Positions 16,370 to 26,570 are shown, numbered from the stretch's first letter. The stretch: DNA of 64,000 bases from an uncultured virus (IMG/VR IMGVR_UViG_3300030116_006303) (IMGVR_UViG_3300030116_006303:1-64000); one strand, 5' to 3'. Notes: generated by a model from the sequence alone, not told the origin. Numbers and translations are program-made.

Positions 16370-18248
16370 ATGGCATGAATGCGCTTGCAGCTGCATTTTG
16401 TGGTCGGGCGCCGGGCTTGCTTTGAGCAACGGAATTATTGGTTGTGGATACATTAGTGTCACCCATTTTCTGTGACTGATCTACAACATTTGTACCACCA
16501 CCCTCTTTTTTGGCCGCAACATCTTTTGAGAGTTCACCAGTAGCCGCACCCGTACCTCCACCGCTACCAGTAGTGGACTCTTTCAGCTGCACTGTTTCCA
16601 TTCCACCACCACCACTGCCGCTAAATTTTTGCACTGATTCTGCACCAAAAGCCCCGGCCGCTTTGACTCCGGCGTCTGCAAAAAAATTCGTTAGTTTATC
16701 ACCAACAAGTGGAAGATCTTCTTCATGAATTTTCCGAGCGATAAATTGAAAAACATCATTGATTTTAGTTCCAACTTTTGCCAGAATATTATTAACTGTA
16801 GGAAATTCAAAATCTAAAAATCCAAAGATACTAGATATATCAAATCCTCCTCCACCACCCGCATCATCACCACCGCCAAAGAAACCTTTTATGGTATCCT
16901 TGATTTTTTTTGCTCTATCAACTATGAATTTTACAATACTAAATTCACCCTCTTCGGGTTCTGGAGAGAATAGATTTGTGGCAATTTTTACTATCCCATC
17001 GAATGCTTTCGATACCGTATCTCCAGCACCTTCGAACCCTTTTTTAACAGAATCTAGCCCATTATTGAAACCATCTACTAGAAATTTTACAATACTGAAA
17101 TACCCTTCTTCCGGTTCCATAGAAAAGAAATTTTTATAAGCTGCAACAAACTTATCAAACATTTCGTTAAAGGAAAATGAGTCTAATGTTTTCTCTAGCT
17201 CTGTAAATCCTAATTTTCCCATTAGCCACGAAAATCCACTCTTCAACAAATCAAGAGGGATGATGAGGATACCTCGAATAACTTCCACGGCACCGTTCAC
17301 CATACCATCAAATACTTTCTCCAACATACCTCGAGCATCGTCTTCGCCTTTCGAAGCAAAGCCTCCAATGAATCCCTTTATGAAGTCAAAGACTGCAAAG
17401 AGAGCCATTATGATCTGACCGACTATGGGTATTCCCTTTAAGAAGTTACCAGCAATTTTAAAGAACGGACCCAGTGCTGACATTATACTACCGAATACAC
17501 CAGAGATCGTTTTAAATATAGACCCGATTGGTTTCAAAAAACTGGTGATAGTTTTAAATGTAGATCCGATCGGTTTCATAAAACTTGTTAAAGATTTAAA
17601 TGCTGATACTATTGGTTTCACTATGGTCCCTACAACAGCTCCTATCTTACCGAATATCGTAGTAAATTCTTTTATCGCAACGGGTGTTTTTACAGCACCT
17701 ATAACTTTACCGACACGTCTGAATCCGTTCATAAAATCATCGAATGCTGTAGTGAAGGGTTTGATTGCTGTTAGGAAGATCTTCGAGCTAAATAATGCTT
17801 TAAATGCAGCCCCTATACCCGTGAAGGCGGCTTTGACTCCATTCACGAGTGGTCTGAATAATACTTTCGCTGCAAATGCTGTGCGAATATATTTGTCAAG
17901 ATCAAAAACATAAGCAAGGAGTGCTGCACCTAGAATGTTTCCAAAGCCTCCAGCATTCTTTATGATGTCTTTCCAATTTAACTTACCAGCACTAATCGCT
18001 CCAGCAGTATCCTTTACCTCTCTTTTTTCATCGGGTTCACCAATAAACTGTTCCAGTCGAGTATCTATTATGTTTAGAACATTCAGAATATTTCTCTGAA
18101 TATTAACCATATCTTTAGTGAGTGTCATTAAAGATTTAACTGTAGATGCAGAGCCGGAAGAGTCACTTCCACCCCCACTACCACCTCCCGGGAATGGTAC
18201 CACAGTTGCGCCAGCCTGACCGCCTGGATTTGGATTAGGTAAAGCCAT
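16368..18248 (-). CDS. Probable tape measure / baseplate hub protein (gp29-like)
   Basis: 626 aa, amphipathic F/W-periodic repeats, located downstream of tube-initiator and gp26/gp51. Confidence 0.7.
   Translation of the reverse strand: MALPNPNPGGQAGATVVPFPGGGSGGGSDSSGSASTVKSLMTLTKDMVNIQRNILNVLNIIDTRLEQFIGEPDEKREVKDTAGAISAGKLNWKDIIKNAGGFGNILGAALLAYVFDLDKYIRTAFAAKVLFRPLVNGVKAAFTGIGAAFKALFSSKIFLTAIKPFTTAFDDFMNGFRRVGKVIGAVKTPVAIKEFTTIFGKIGAVVGTIVKPIVSAFKSLTSFMKPIGSTFKTITSFLKPIGSIFKTISGVFGSIMSALGPFFKIAGNFLKGIPIVGQIIMALFAVFDFIKGFIGGFASKGEDDARGMLEKVFDGMVNGAVEVIRGILIIPLDLLKSGFSWLMGKLGFTELEKTLDSFSFNEMFDKFVAAYKNFFSMEPEEGYFSIVKFLVDGFNNGLDSVKKGFEGAGDTVSKAFDGIVKIATNLFSPEPEEGEFSIVKFIVDRAKKIKDTIKGFFGGGDDAGGGGGFDISSIFGFLDFEFPTVNNILAKVGTKINDVFQFIARKIHEEDLPLVGDKLTNFFADAGVKAAGAFGAESVQKFSGSGGGGMETVQLKESTTGSGGGTGAATGELSKDVAAKKEGGGTNVVDQSQKMGDTNVSTTNNSVAQSKPGARPQNAAASAFMP
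17505..17605 (-). repeat. About 42-nt (14-aa) degenerate tandem repeat in the tape measure
   Basis: FKSLTSFMKPIGST-FKTITSFLKPIGSI-FKTISG. Confidence 0.7.
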
Positions 18249-18427
18249 TATTGTTGTTCCAATCTCTCTTTCTCTTCCTCAAGATATTGTAATAACAAAT
18301 TGACATAAATCTGTCGTTCAAATGGTATCATATTTTCAAGCTCAGTCAAAGAATACTTATGATGTTGCATCAAATTAAAATTCACATAGTATATGTTATA
18401 TAGTGTATCGTGACTGAGCGCTATGTA
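18248..18427 (-). CDS. 51: gp51-like baseplate/tail assembly ORF, probably the -1 extension of gp26
   Basis: Manual translation YIALSHDTLYNIYYVNFNLMQHHKYSLTELENMIPFERQIYVNLLLQYLEEEKERLEQQ; not in ORF track. Confidence 0.8.
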   Translation of the reverse strand, partial: YIALSHDTLYNIYYVNFNLMQHHKYSLTELENMIPFERQIYVNLLLQYLEEEKERLEQQ

Positions 18428-19140
18428 AAAAAACTTTGTAGCCCTTCGAGTGTAATAGTTTCAGTCTCACCGCATTCCGGACACGTGAACTCGATGGTAT
18501 GTTTCAATGCAGGTATTGTATTAAAAAATTCAGTGATATTTTCAAACTGGTCCTTTGATAGTTGACCTATAAAGTCATTCATCTCCTCTTTGGTAAAATC
18601 ATTATATACATCGTTTTCGTCATAAACAAAATCAACACAGTTATAAACCATAGATAGCATTTGATCGAATTCATTATCTTTTTCGTTGATTTTGGTAAAC
18701 AGAGAAGCATTTGGATCTTTTAATTTTATTCCAATTCCGTTACCAAGTTCCACAGTATCACTGTGATTTTCATCGTATTGAATCTCAATGGAATCAATAT
18801 CGATAGATACCTTATTTGATGCCTTGCATTTTTCGAGATATTCTTCCTTCATGTGTTTAATGTTTAAATCAATCTTTTCACCGACCGACTTGGATCTCAA
18901 TTTTAAAAATAAGTACTCTAAATCATAAGATGTAAAATCATGATAGTTCACACCTGGAGTCAAAATGCAAGACTCTAGGATACCCATAGTTGCATTATAG
19001 ATGTCTTTTTGCTCTCCTCCCTCGAGAGCCATATATAAAATTTTCTCTTCTTTCACCAAAAAGGGTCTAAATTTAATTGGTTCTTTTGACGAAGGAATAA
19101 CAGTTTCAAACTCAGGGGTACTTAATTGTGGTAAAGCCAT
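18421..19140 (-). CDS. 26: gp26-like baseplate hub / tail assembly protein
   Basis: MALP, FRPFLVKEEKIL, LRSKSVGE, CPEC, EGLQSFF end. Confidence 0.88.
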   Translation of the reverse strand: MALPQLSTPEFETVIPSSKEPIKFRPFLVKEEKILYMALEGGEQKDIYNATMGILESCILTPGVNYHDFTSYDLEYLFLKLRSKSVGEKIDLNIKHMKEEYLEKCKASNKVSIDIDSIEIQYDENHSDTVELGNGIGIKLKDPNASLFTKINEKDNEFDQMLSMVYNCVDFVYDENDVYNDFTKEEMNDFIGQLSKDQFENITEFFNTIPALKHTIEFTCPECGETETITLEGLQSFFT

Positions 19141-19158
19141 ATTCTACTCCATTTCAAT

Positions 19159-19923
19159 TTAAAATCTAGGAAGTCCAGCCCTATCAAGTGCTGCTCTTGA
19201 TCTTCCCTTAATCTGTGCTGGAAGGTTTCGTACCGTATTTGCCGCAGACAATACATTTTCAGCTGTAAAGTTAAACGGTGGTACGGGCACGTCTTCCTCC
19301 TCAAAATATCTGTATGTCATCGTAACAGGTAATCGTACAACATCTGTTGCGGCCCAAGAATAAGAGATATCGCCGATGTTTACTGGATATGAATCAACAA
19401 GCTTGATTACTCTAGTTCTATTGCCATTCGGATCTAGTTGGAAAATTTGAAATCCTCTCTTGCAGATATACTCGTCATAGAAACCTAGGTCAAAATTGGG
19501 CGTACCTGTTCTATGGTCGCCACCAATCAGATCTTGCCAAGCCAGAAAAAATTCCCTCTCGATGAGATTAGGACTGCAGATGGCTGTAAATACAACAGTG
19601 TTAGTATAGTTTGTCTTGCCGCCAACTTTGTACGGTGCCCCGTAGTCAATGTAATCAATGTTAGCGATGCTTCTGCCGGGAAACTGAACAGTGTCGATGC
19701 GAAATGAAAGCGATTGAGCTACATCATTTGCTCCACCAACAAGACCGCCTAAGCCCACAGCACTTGCTGCAGTAGAAATTAGTCCATCAAGTACATTTGA
19801 TATTGACACAGTTCCAGATCCTACTGAAACTGGCGTTCCTGTAACTTCTACTTCGAAATCGCTAGTCTTAGCAATCCCGTTTTTTGCCATTTCTCCAGAA
19901 AATTGATTGATGTCAAAAGCCAT
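19159..19923 (-). CDS. 54: Tail tube initiator (gp54-like, tube-protein fold)
   Basis: FPGRSI, FF.AWQDLI, YPVNIG...SW, VTMTY tube-fold motifs. Confidence 0.75.
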   Translation of the reverse strand: MAFDINQFSGEMAKNGIAKTSDFEVEVTGTPVSVGSGTVSISNVLDGLISTAASAVGLGGLVGGANDVAQSLSFRIDTVQFPGRSIANIDYIDYGAPYKVGGKTNYTNTVVFTAICSPNLIEREFFLAWQDLIGGDHRTGTPNFDLGFYDEYICKRGFQIFQLDPNGNRTRVIKLVDSYPVNIGDISYSWAATDVVRLPVTMTYRYFEEEDVPVPPFNFTAENVLSAANTVRNLPAQIKGRSRAALDRAGLPRF

Positions 19924-20552
19924 TATCTGCCTCTTATTGCTTCTCTGCTTTCTTTCCAAACAGTTAATTTATTTCTTTTTCTAAATCTTTCAGTGGGTAA
20001 AAATAATGCCATATCCCACTCGGTGGAGTCTACAAGAATAAATCTTGACTTTACATGATTTCTCAAATACATTTTTAATGTTGGCTTGAAGAATCGATAC
20101 CGAGATGCTGCCTGAAGCCTATCGTATGTGAGTCGTAGTCGTGTGTTTTCATCATATCTGGTATCAGTAGCAAGTTGATACATAGAGTCCATGAGTCTTG
20201 CTCTCAGTGCCGGAGGAAGGTAGTGCATATTCAGTCCCATGAACCCACCACTCACATCTTTTACTTTGAAGATTAATGGAAACACATCGTAGTACGGTAG
20301 ATCCTTTTTGTGTTTGGGATCATACATGAACATATACATCCTGCCGATACCAGTTGTACCTGCTATGGGTCTAGTTAAAAGAGCACTGCCACCTTCTTTC
20401 TTGGCGGCTTGCTGTATCAGTCTATTTGGAGATATAGCAGTCGTTTCAGATGCTTTATTTCTGAACCAAGCTCTCGACGCGCGTGTTCTAGCAGGTATCT
20501 GGTTATCACGAACTCCCTGTGCTAGAATCTTATCAAAGATATATGCGACCAT
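19923..20552 (-). CDS. 2: DNA end protector (T4 gp2)
   Basis: YDPKHK..LPYYD.FPL, GLN.HYL, FLPTE.F. Confidence 0.9.
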   Translation of the reverse strand: MVAYIFDKILAQGVRDNQIPARTRASRAWFRNKASETTAISPNRLIQQAAKKEGGSALLTRPIAGTTGIGRMYMFMYDPKHKKDLPYYDVFPLIFKVKDVSGGFMGLNMHYLPPALRARLMDSMYQLATDTRYDENTRLRLTYDRLQAASRYRFFKPTLKMYLRNHVKSRFILVDSTEWDMALFLPTERFRKRNKLTVWKESREAIRGR

Positions 20553-20569
20553 TTAAAACTCCTTCTCAT

Positions 20570-20577
20570 TATTTATA
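20570..20577 (-). promoter_or_regulatory. T4-type late promoter
   Basis: TATAAATA upstream of gp2. Confidence 0.75.
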
Positions 20578-20581
20578 ATGG

Positions 20582-21022
20582 TCACTTTATATGAAGTTGT
20601 CTTTCAGTAAGTATAATAAACTTATAGTTTCGATCTCGACACCACTCTTCTGCATAGTCCCATTTGTATCTATTTACTGCATAGGTCTTTACTTCGTTTA
20701 AGTATCTTTTCGTGAGTCTTTTTTGTATTTTAGGCTCTTGTGTTTGCTTGAGTGGCTTGATCTCTACGACCCATGTCTCGATGACATTATTTTTGTTCTT
20801 TATCTTTACAAGAAAGTCCGGAAAATATCTGTGCATTCTACCGTCGATGGGACTCTTATACGGTATGAAAAACTCTTCCGATTGCCAATATATTACAGCC
20901 TCATTGAAATCACACCACTTCATGAATTTTAGTTCCCACGAACTGCGGTATATGATGTTCGTAGGATCACCCTTGTATTTTTGTGGTTTTGATGGTCTGT
21001 AGCGACCCTTGTATGTACTCAT
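20582..21022 (-). CDS. 4: Head completion nuclease (T4 gp4, TnsA-like)
   Basis: KYKGDP..I.YRSSWE, YFPDF, VEIKP, N..KW. Confidence 0.93.
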   Translation of the reverse strand: MSTYKGRYRPSKPQKYKGDPTNIIYRSSWELKFMKWCDFNEAVIYWQSEEFFIPYKSPIDGRMHRYFPDFLVKIKNKNNVIETWVVEIKPLKQTQEPKIQKRLTKRYLNEVKTYAVNRYKWDYAEEWCRDRNYKFIILTERQLHIK

Positions 21023-21030
21023 TATAAATA
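21023..21030 (+). promoter_or_regulatory. T4-type late promoter
   Basis: TATAAATA upstream of gp48. Confidence 0.75.
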
Positions 21031-21060
21031 ATCAAAATAGTTTAGCAAAGGTATTTATCA

Positions 21061-21981
21061 ATGCCCGTAGGCGCCGCACCACAACCCGCATTTCCATCTA
21101 AAACACAAGACGACCCAAAAGGGGCTCTAGCAAAATCGCTAGCAAAGACACCAAAAGAGCTCAGATATCCTTTGAATATTGAAGAGCTAGATCACTGGAT
21201 GGTATTTAAAATCAATCACCCTGTGTTCAGGAAAAAAGATGACTTTCCAAAAAAGAACAGCATCAGGCTAATATATTTGCCTATGCCGCTGAATTTGGGA
21301 ACACAATACTCTCATGAGTACAACACAGAGGGTCTCGGTATTGCTGGTGTTGCTGGAGCTGGGGCAGCACAAGCGGGCATGTCCGGGGGTATATCATCTA
21401 TTATAGATCAAGCATCAAGCATTACAAAAAAGGATTTACAGGCAGTCACTCAATACTACGGGCTTCAGGCCGGGACTGAAGCGGCAGCTCTCGCCGGTGC
21501 GAAAATAGGTGGAATACCTGGAGGGATTGCAGGTGCTGCTGCTGGTCAAGCAATAAAAGGTGCGATGGCAGGTGCTGGTATTGCACAAAATCCATATATG
21601 GCCGTGATGTATTCACAGCCGTCTTTCAGAGAGTATTCTTTTTCTTGGAAACTAGTTTCAAGGAATAGAAGGGAGACACAAGCAATAGAAGACATCATTC
21701 ACGCATTTAAGTTTCATGCAGCCCCCGGAGTTAACTCGAAGAATAAGCACTTCTTTGATTATCCAGAGCAGTTTGATATGGACTTCCACCACGCAAAGCA
21801 TCTTTTTAATCCTGCGCCTAGTGTGTGTAAGACTGTGCAGGTAAATTATCATGCTGAGGGACAACCACTATATCATGCATTTGGCGCTACTGAAAAGTCT
21901 CCAGTATCAGTGCAGCTTGATCTTCAGTTTCAAGAAATATCTATTGTCACGAAGGACTCCATTGTAAAGAGTAACAGATAA
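21061..21981 (+). CDS. 48: Baseplate tail-tube cap (gp48-like)
   Basis: LRYP, IYLPMP, NPY...FR..SFSW, L.F.E motifs; synteny. Confidence 0.8.
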   Translation: MPVGAAPQPAFPSKTQDDPKGALAKSLAKTPKELRYPLNIEELDHWMVFKINHPVFRKKDDFPKKNSIRLIYLPMPLNLGTQYSHEYNTEGLGIAGVAGAGAAQAGMSGGISSIIDQASSITKKDLQAVTQYYGLQAGTEAAALAGAKIGGIPGGIAGAAAGQAIKGAMAGAGIAQNPYMAVMYSQPSFREYSFSWKLVSRNRRETQAIEDIIHAFKFHAAPGVNSKNKHFFDYPEQFDMDFHHAKHLFNPAPSVCKTVQVNYHAEGQPLYHAFGATEKSPVSVQLDLQFQEISIVTKDSIVKSNR

Positions 21982-22547
21982 TGGCACACTTTTTTAATAA
22001 TTTCCCATCCGTGGAGTATGATATGGGCAGAGTCAACGTTCCGTTGACTATACAGAATCCATTATTGAGATTCAAGCTTCAAGATATTCTCAAAGGTAGA
22101 TCCGCTCTTTACTATGAACACATTGTAGAAGAGGATCAGTCTGCACAGTTTATTGCTAATAGGTACTATGGAGATGTAACTCTTGACTGGGTTATCTTTT
22201 TAGTCAATGATATTTTTGATTATGAATATGAATGGCCAATGAATTATCAAAAATTTACAGCATACGTAAAATCAAAATACGGATCTATTGAGTCAGCTTT
22301 AAACACCACACATCATTACGAATGGATCTATCAGCCGCGAGAAGTTTTGTTTGATGGGACAATTATACCTGAGGATGTTATTATAGTAGACAAAACAACA
22401 TTTGATAGTTTGGGTCTTAACGAAAGAAGAGAAGTGTCGAACTATGTGTATGAAGAAAATGAAAATGAGAATAAGAGAAATGTTAAGATTTTGCAAAGAC
22501 AATTTTTAGATCAGTTCTTAGAAGAAGCAGAAAGCATTTTTGAATAA
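21981..22547 (+). CDS. 53: Baseplate wedge protein (gp53-like, LysM-type)
   Basis: IANRYYGD..LDWVI.LVN, WP, HHYE, YE...NE.KR. Confidence 0.88.
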   Translation: MAHFFNNFPSVEYDMGRVNVPLTIQNPLLRFKLQDILKGRSALYYEHIVEEDQSAQFIANRYYGDVTLDWVIFLVNDIFDYEYEWPMNYQKFTAYVKSKYGSIESALNTTHHYEWIYQPREVLFDGTIIPEDVIIVDKTTFDSLGLNERREVSNYVYEENENENKRNVKILQRQFLDQFLEEAESIFE

Positions 22548-23920
22548 TGCCAGTCACTGAATATAAAGCGAATGATATTGAACTCGATTCGGTTTTGCTA
22601 TATAATTCAAAGCGAAATTTTGTCGATATTAATGATGTTATGGTGGAGTTTAGTATCTACCACGACCTTTTTAAAAAAGTTACCTTGTGTGATGTTTTCA
22701 TTAATGATGCGAATGCAATGGTCGATACCTTTCCAATAGTTGGTGATGAAACACTTGTAATTGTTTTTAGAACGCCGACGTTTGAAAAAAGACTTAAGTA
22801 CGTTTTTAGAATATACAAGATCTCCGAAAGAGAAGCTGTAGAGCAAAGATCAGAGGGTTATGTTCTGCACGGCTGCAGTCAGGAATCAATAGCTGATCTT
22901 AGAAAATCGGTAAATAGAAGCTATGTTGATTTAAAGGGTCATGAAATAGTCGAAGGAATATATAATGATTTCTTGAGGCCGACTGAAGAAGAATTCGGTA
23001 TTGTTAAAGATAATATAAGCCTTAATCTACAGGAGACATTGCAAAATCACTCGATTGTATTTCCTGGAGAAAAACCTTTTAGTGCAATCGATTATGTTTG
23101 CTATGAGGCATTTCCAGAAGTTCAAACACAAGAGAGTCAAGCTCCTAATTTTATATTCTTTCAAAGAGAAGACGGGTGGTATTTTAATACTATTGATTCA
23201 TTAATCGAAGCTGATCCTGTAGAAGATTTCTTTTATGCTCCAGCAAATGCAGAGGAAACAAGTAAAACAGAAAAGATACATGATCATCAGAAAATTAGCA
23301 CAATGGATATTATTAGTCAGCTAGATACTATTGATAATCTGAAAAATGGTTTATATGCTCATAAAATAGAGACAATAGATCCGATTTTGAAAAGATTCAC
23401 GACTGACACGTTCGTGTACTCTCAAGAGATGAATGAAATTGCTCATTTAGAAAAAGCGAAAAAAGATTTTGGTAGTGAGTTTTTAATCACTGAAGATTCT
23501 TTTTTTAATTCTGATTCGGATACTTCCAAGTCATATTATACCATAGGACACATTGGTGAAAACTATTCAGCACAAACAACATTATCAGGAGCTGATGTAA
23601 CCGACCCGCAGATTAGAAACCCCAGAAGAATGCATGAAAGACTAAAATATAATATTGCATCTCGTTTTCAGCTATCTAACATTGAGGTAAGTGTTACAGT
23701 ACCAGGGAACAGTGACTTGCATGTAGGGCAGATTGTAAACCTGCATGTTCCGTTGGCAACTGAAAATGCTGATTTTGCCAAGAGGTTGAAAATGTTGTGG
23801 GATAAAAAGTTTTTAGTTACCGCTCTTCGTCACACTTATCAAAAAAATGATAATGTATTTTTTACGGTTTTAGAGTGTGTGAAAGACACATATGCTAAGA
23901 AGACCATTGAGGTGAAATAA
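22547..23920 (+). CDS. Baseplate hub protein (gp27-like)
   Basis: PIVGDE, VPGNSDL.VG...FLVTALRH; sits between gp53 and gp5. Confidence 0.7.
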   Translation: MPVTEYKANDIELDSVLLYNSKRNFVDINDVMVEFSIYHDLFKKVTLCDVFINDANAMVDTFPIVGDETLVIVFRTPTFEKRLKYVFRIYKISEREAVEQRSEGYVLHGCSQESIADLRKSVNRSYVDLKGHEIVEGIYNDFLRPTEEEFGIVKDNISLNLQETLQNHSIVFPGEKPFSAIDYVCYEAFPEVQTQESQAPNFIFFQREDGWYFNTIDSLIEADPVEDFFYAPANAEETSKTEKIHDHQKISTMDIISQLDTIDNLKNGLYAHKIETIDPILKRFTTDTFVYSQEMNEIAHLEKAKKDFGSEFLITEDSFFNSDSDTSKSYYTIGHIGENYSAQTTLSGADVTDPQIRNPRRMHERLKYNIASRFQLSNIEVSVTVPGNSDLHVGQIVNLHVPLATENADFAKRLKMLWDKKFLVTALRHTYQKNDNVFFTVLECVKDTYAKKTIEVK

Positions 23921-25407
23921 TGAAAAATTTAGGTGATCAATTTATCTGGTGGTATGGAGTTGTAGAAGATCGATCAGATCCTTTAGAGCTTGGTCGTGTT
24001 CGTGTTCGCTGTTATGGTTGGCACACTGATGATTTGAAGGAGATACCCACAGAGTCTTTACCATGGGCACAGCCCATTCAGGACATTACGTCAGCTGCAC
24101 TTGGTGGAATCGGAAAGAGCCCAACAGGAATACTAGAGGGCACGTGGGTTGTAGGTTTCTTTGCTGATGGTCAGGAAGCTCAACGACCAATAGTGATGGG
24201 AACACTCGCAGGTATTCCCACAGATGATAATCCTGGTGGACCAATAAGGGGTTTCATGGATCCACAGGGCAGATATCCAAAAACATTTAATGCACCTGAT
24301 ACTCCCGTTTTGGCAAGGGATAATGCTGAGGAAGATTTGATTTTAATTAATAAAAGAGCTGGTAAACTCGAAAGTGTGCCAACCGCTACAGCACCCGATA
24401 CCTCAACGCTCGGTGATAGGCTAGATGGTGATTATGCATTAGACGAAGCGGATGAAGTAGATACCAGACCAACTTGGGCAGAACCAAACCCTCGATATGG
24501 TGGCGAGACGAAAGGTGAATTTCCTGAAAGCATCACATCTTCATCAACGTATCCATATAATCACGTTTACAGATCTGAAAGTGGACACGTATTTGAAGTC
24601 GATGATTCTCCAGGAGTAGAAAGAATTCATCAGTATCACCGTATGGGAACATTTCAGGAAATACAACCTGATGGCACAAGAGTAACGAAAGTTGTTGGTA
24701 GAGATTATCATGTTACGGTTAAGGATAATAATGTATATGTTCAGGGCAATCAAACTGTAACGATAGCGGGCAACTGTAAACTTTATGTACAGGGCGATCA
24801 CTATACTGAAGTAGATGGAAATCAATATATCACGGTGCGTGGTGACAGAATTACTAAAATACAAGGTAATGATAAGAAAGAAGTGATGAGTGATGAAGTT
24901 ACACAGATAAACGGCAACAAGACTATGCGTGTTACAGGTGACCGTAAAACTATTATTGATGGAAACTACACAGAAACGATTGGCAAGGATAATAAAATAC
25001 AGATTAAAAAGAATGAGGTGAAGACTATATTCGTCAACAGTAAGACGACTGTCACGGGAAATACAAATCTAATAACAATTAAAAATATGCAGATCGGTTC
25101 AGGTAATACAATGAGTATCGGCGCCGAGTCGACATACGACTTAAAAGTAAAGGGAGCTGCGACTATGGATTTTGATAGCACTCTGAAGGAGAGGGTCACT
25201 GGAGCTTCTCACCTTACATTTAATTCTACGCACTTCGTGCAGTATGGCGACACTAATTCATTCACTCATGTCGGGGATCGTAAGATATTCATCAAAGCAG
25301 ATACCTTTGCTCGACATGATGCGGGAACAGATCACTCATGTTCTAGCGACCCATCGAGAACGGGCGCTAATGATTGCTCCACGCCTGAAACGCCAACGGC
25401 ACCATAA
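23920..25407 (+). CDS. 5: Baseplate central spike (gp5-like, OB-fold + beta-helix, no lysozyme domain)
   Basis: GVVEDR.DP..LGRVRVR, LPWA, YPYNHV..SESGH, 8-residue V.G repeats. Confidence 0.9.
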   Translation: MKNLGDQFIWWYGVVEDRSDPLELGRVRVRCYGWHTDDLKEIPTESLPWAQPIQDITSAALGGIGKSPTGILEGTWVVGFFADGQEAQRPIVMGTLAGIPTDDNPGGPIRGFMDPQGRYPKTFNAPDTPVLARDNAEEDLILINKRAGKLESVPTATAPDTSTLGDRLDGDYALDEADEVDTRPTWAEPNPRYGGETKGEFPESITSSSTYPYNHVYRSESGHVFEVDDSPGVERIHQYHRMGTFQEIQPDGTRVTKVVGRDYHVTVKDNNVYVQGNQTVTIAGNCKLYVQGDHYTEVDGNQYITVRGDRITKIQGNDKKEVMSDEVTQINGNKTMRVTGDRKTIIDGNYTETIGKDNKIQIKKNEVKTIFVNSKTTVTGNTNLITIKNMQIGSGNTMSIGAESTYDLKVKGAATMDFDSTLKERVTGASHLTFNSTHFVQYGDTNSFTHVGDRKIFIKADTFARHDAGTDHSCSSDPSRTGANDCSTPETPTAP

Positions 25408-25418
25408 AGGAGGATTGA

Positions 25419-26570
25419 ATGTCTATTCCAGTTAATCTCAGTCTATGCGGTGTTGATCTTAAAATACAAGGCATCGATAATGCTATGCTCGAGGTCGAAG
25501 CGAAGTTAGCGGAACTTACCTCAGGCGCAAAAGGTCTTGCTGGAAACCTAGATAAAATTAAGGGTGATATACAGGCTAAGATGGCAGCTATGCAAGCTGA
25601 AATGGAAGGATTAATCCCAGATATAAAACCAGAGTTGCCTAATCTCCAAGCTGAAATGAATAATTTATTAGGTCAGTTATCCAGTCCATTAGGTTTCTCA
25701 TCACAACTAGCATCTATTCAAGAAAAGTTTGGAAACATTCCTGGTGTTGATATTGATTCATTGGTCGGAGAATTAAAATCAAATCCCTTGGGATTCGATC
25801 CTTGTAAAGCAGTTCCTAATATTGATGTTGAAGAAACTGTTGACGAGGATGGCGCAGTAATTTATCTCCCGATCAAAAAAGGATTGCCACCTGAAGTACC
25901 TGTCGTGGATGCTAAAAAATTGCCAACTCCCCCCGAGGCAAAAAAGACAGAAGATGTGACACCAGCACCAGATGCAACAATAGTTGAAAAATCATCTCAA
26001 GAAGAGAAAAAACTTGCTGGTGCGACAGTACCGCCAGCAACCAATCCACCTGCATCCACAGGTCAAACAATCACACTACCAGCACCAGCTTTATGGACTA
26101 ATATATTAGATGCTATGGACAAAACAAAATTCAACGTCCCAGACTTACAGAGGGGTCCATTCACCTTTACCGCAGCGACAGAGGGCAAAAACCATTCCGG
26201 TGTGTTTGAAGAGGGTGGAGCTGAATATTGGAAACCAAATAATTTTCCTACACAGTTAGTTTTTGAAGAGTGGCTTGTCATCACTGCCTTTAGGTATTGG
26301 CAACATGCAAATAAGAAATTAGATCTTATTAATGATACGAGTCCGGAAGTTTTGGCTACATTGCAGCAAAGAAATCCTGATAGGTGGTCTCGTGGCAATT
26401 ATGAGGCAGTAAAATCTGCAATTATTGCTTATATAAGAAATGGTTTACCACAAGGTCAAGGACCAGACGGGACATTTAGCTCAGATGGAAGTGTCAGTGT
26501 GGAACAAGCAAAGCGAAGTGCGGCACCAAAACCAGAAGGCTCTTTTGGTAAGTTTAGTATTCTTGTATAG
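25419..26570 (+). CDS. Hypothetical baseplate-region protein
   Basis: 383 aa, AGGAGG SD, helical N-terminus and Pro-rich linker. Confidence 0.7.
   Translation: MSIPVNLSLCGVDLKIQGIDNAMLEVEAKLAELTSGAKGLAGNLDKIKGDIQAKMAAMQAEMEGLIPDIKPELPNLQAEMNNLLGQLSSPLGFSSQLASIQEKFGNIPGVDIDSLVGELKSNPLGFDPCKAVPNIDVEETVDEDGAVIYLPIKKGLPPEVPVVDAKKLPTPPEAKKTEDVTPAPDATIVEKSSQEEKKLAGATVPPATNPPASTGQTITLPAPALWTNILDAMDKTKFNVPDLQRGPFTFTAATEGKNHSGVFEEGGAEYWKPNNFPTQLVFEEWLVITAFRYWQHANKKLDLINDTSPEVLATLQQRNPDRWSRGNYEAVKSAIIAYIRNGLPQGQGPDGTFSSDGSVSVEQAKRSAAPKPEGSFGKFSILV

Noticed and set aside
16510..17913. Long plus-strand ORFs opposite the tape measure, and similar shadow ORFs elsewhere (e.g. 37602-38141)
   Set aside because: Antisense shadows of strongly biased coding sequence, with no SD or recognisable motifs
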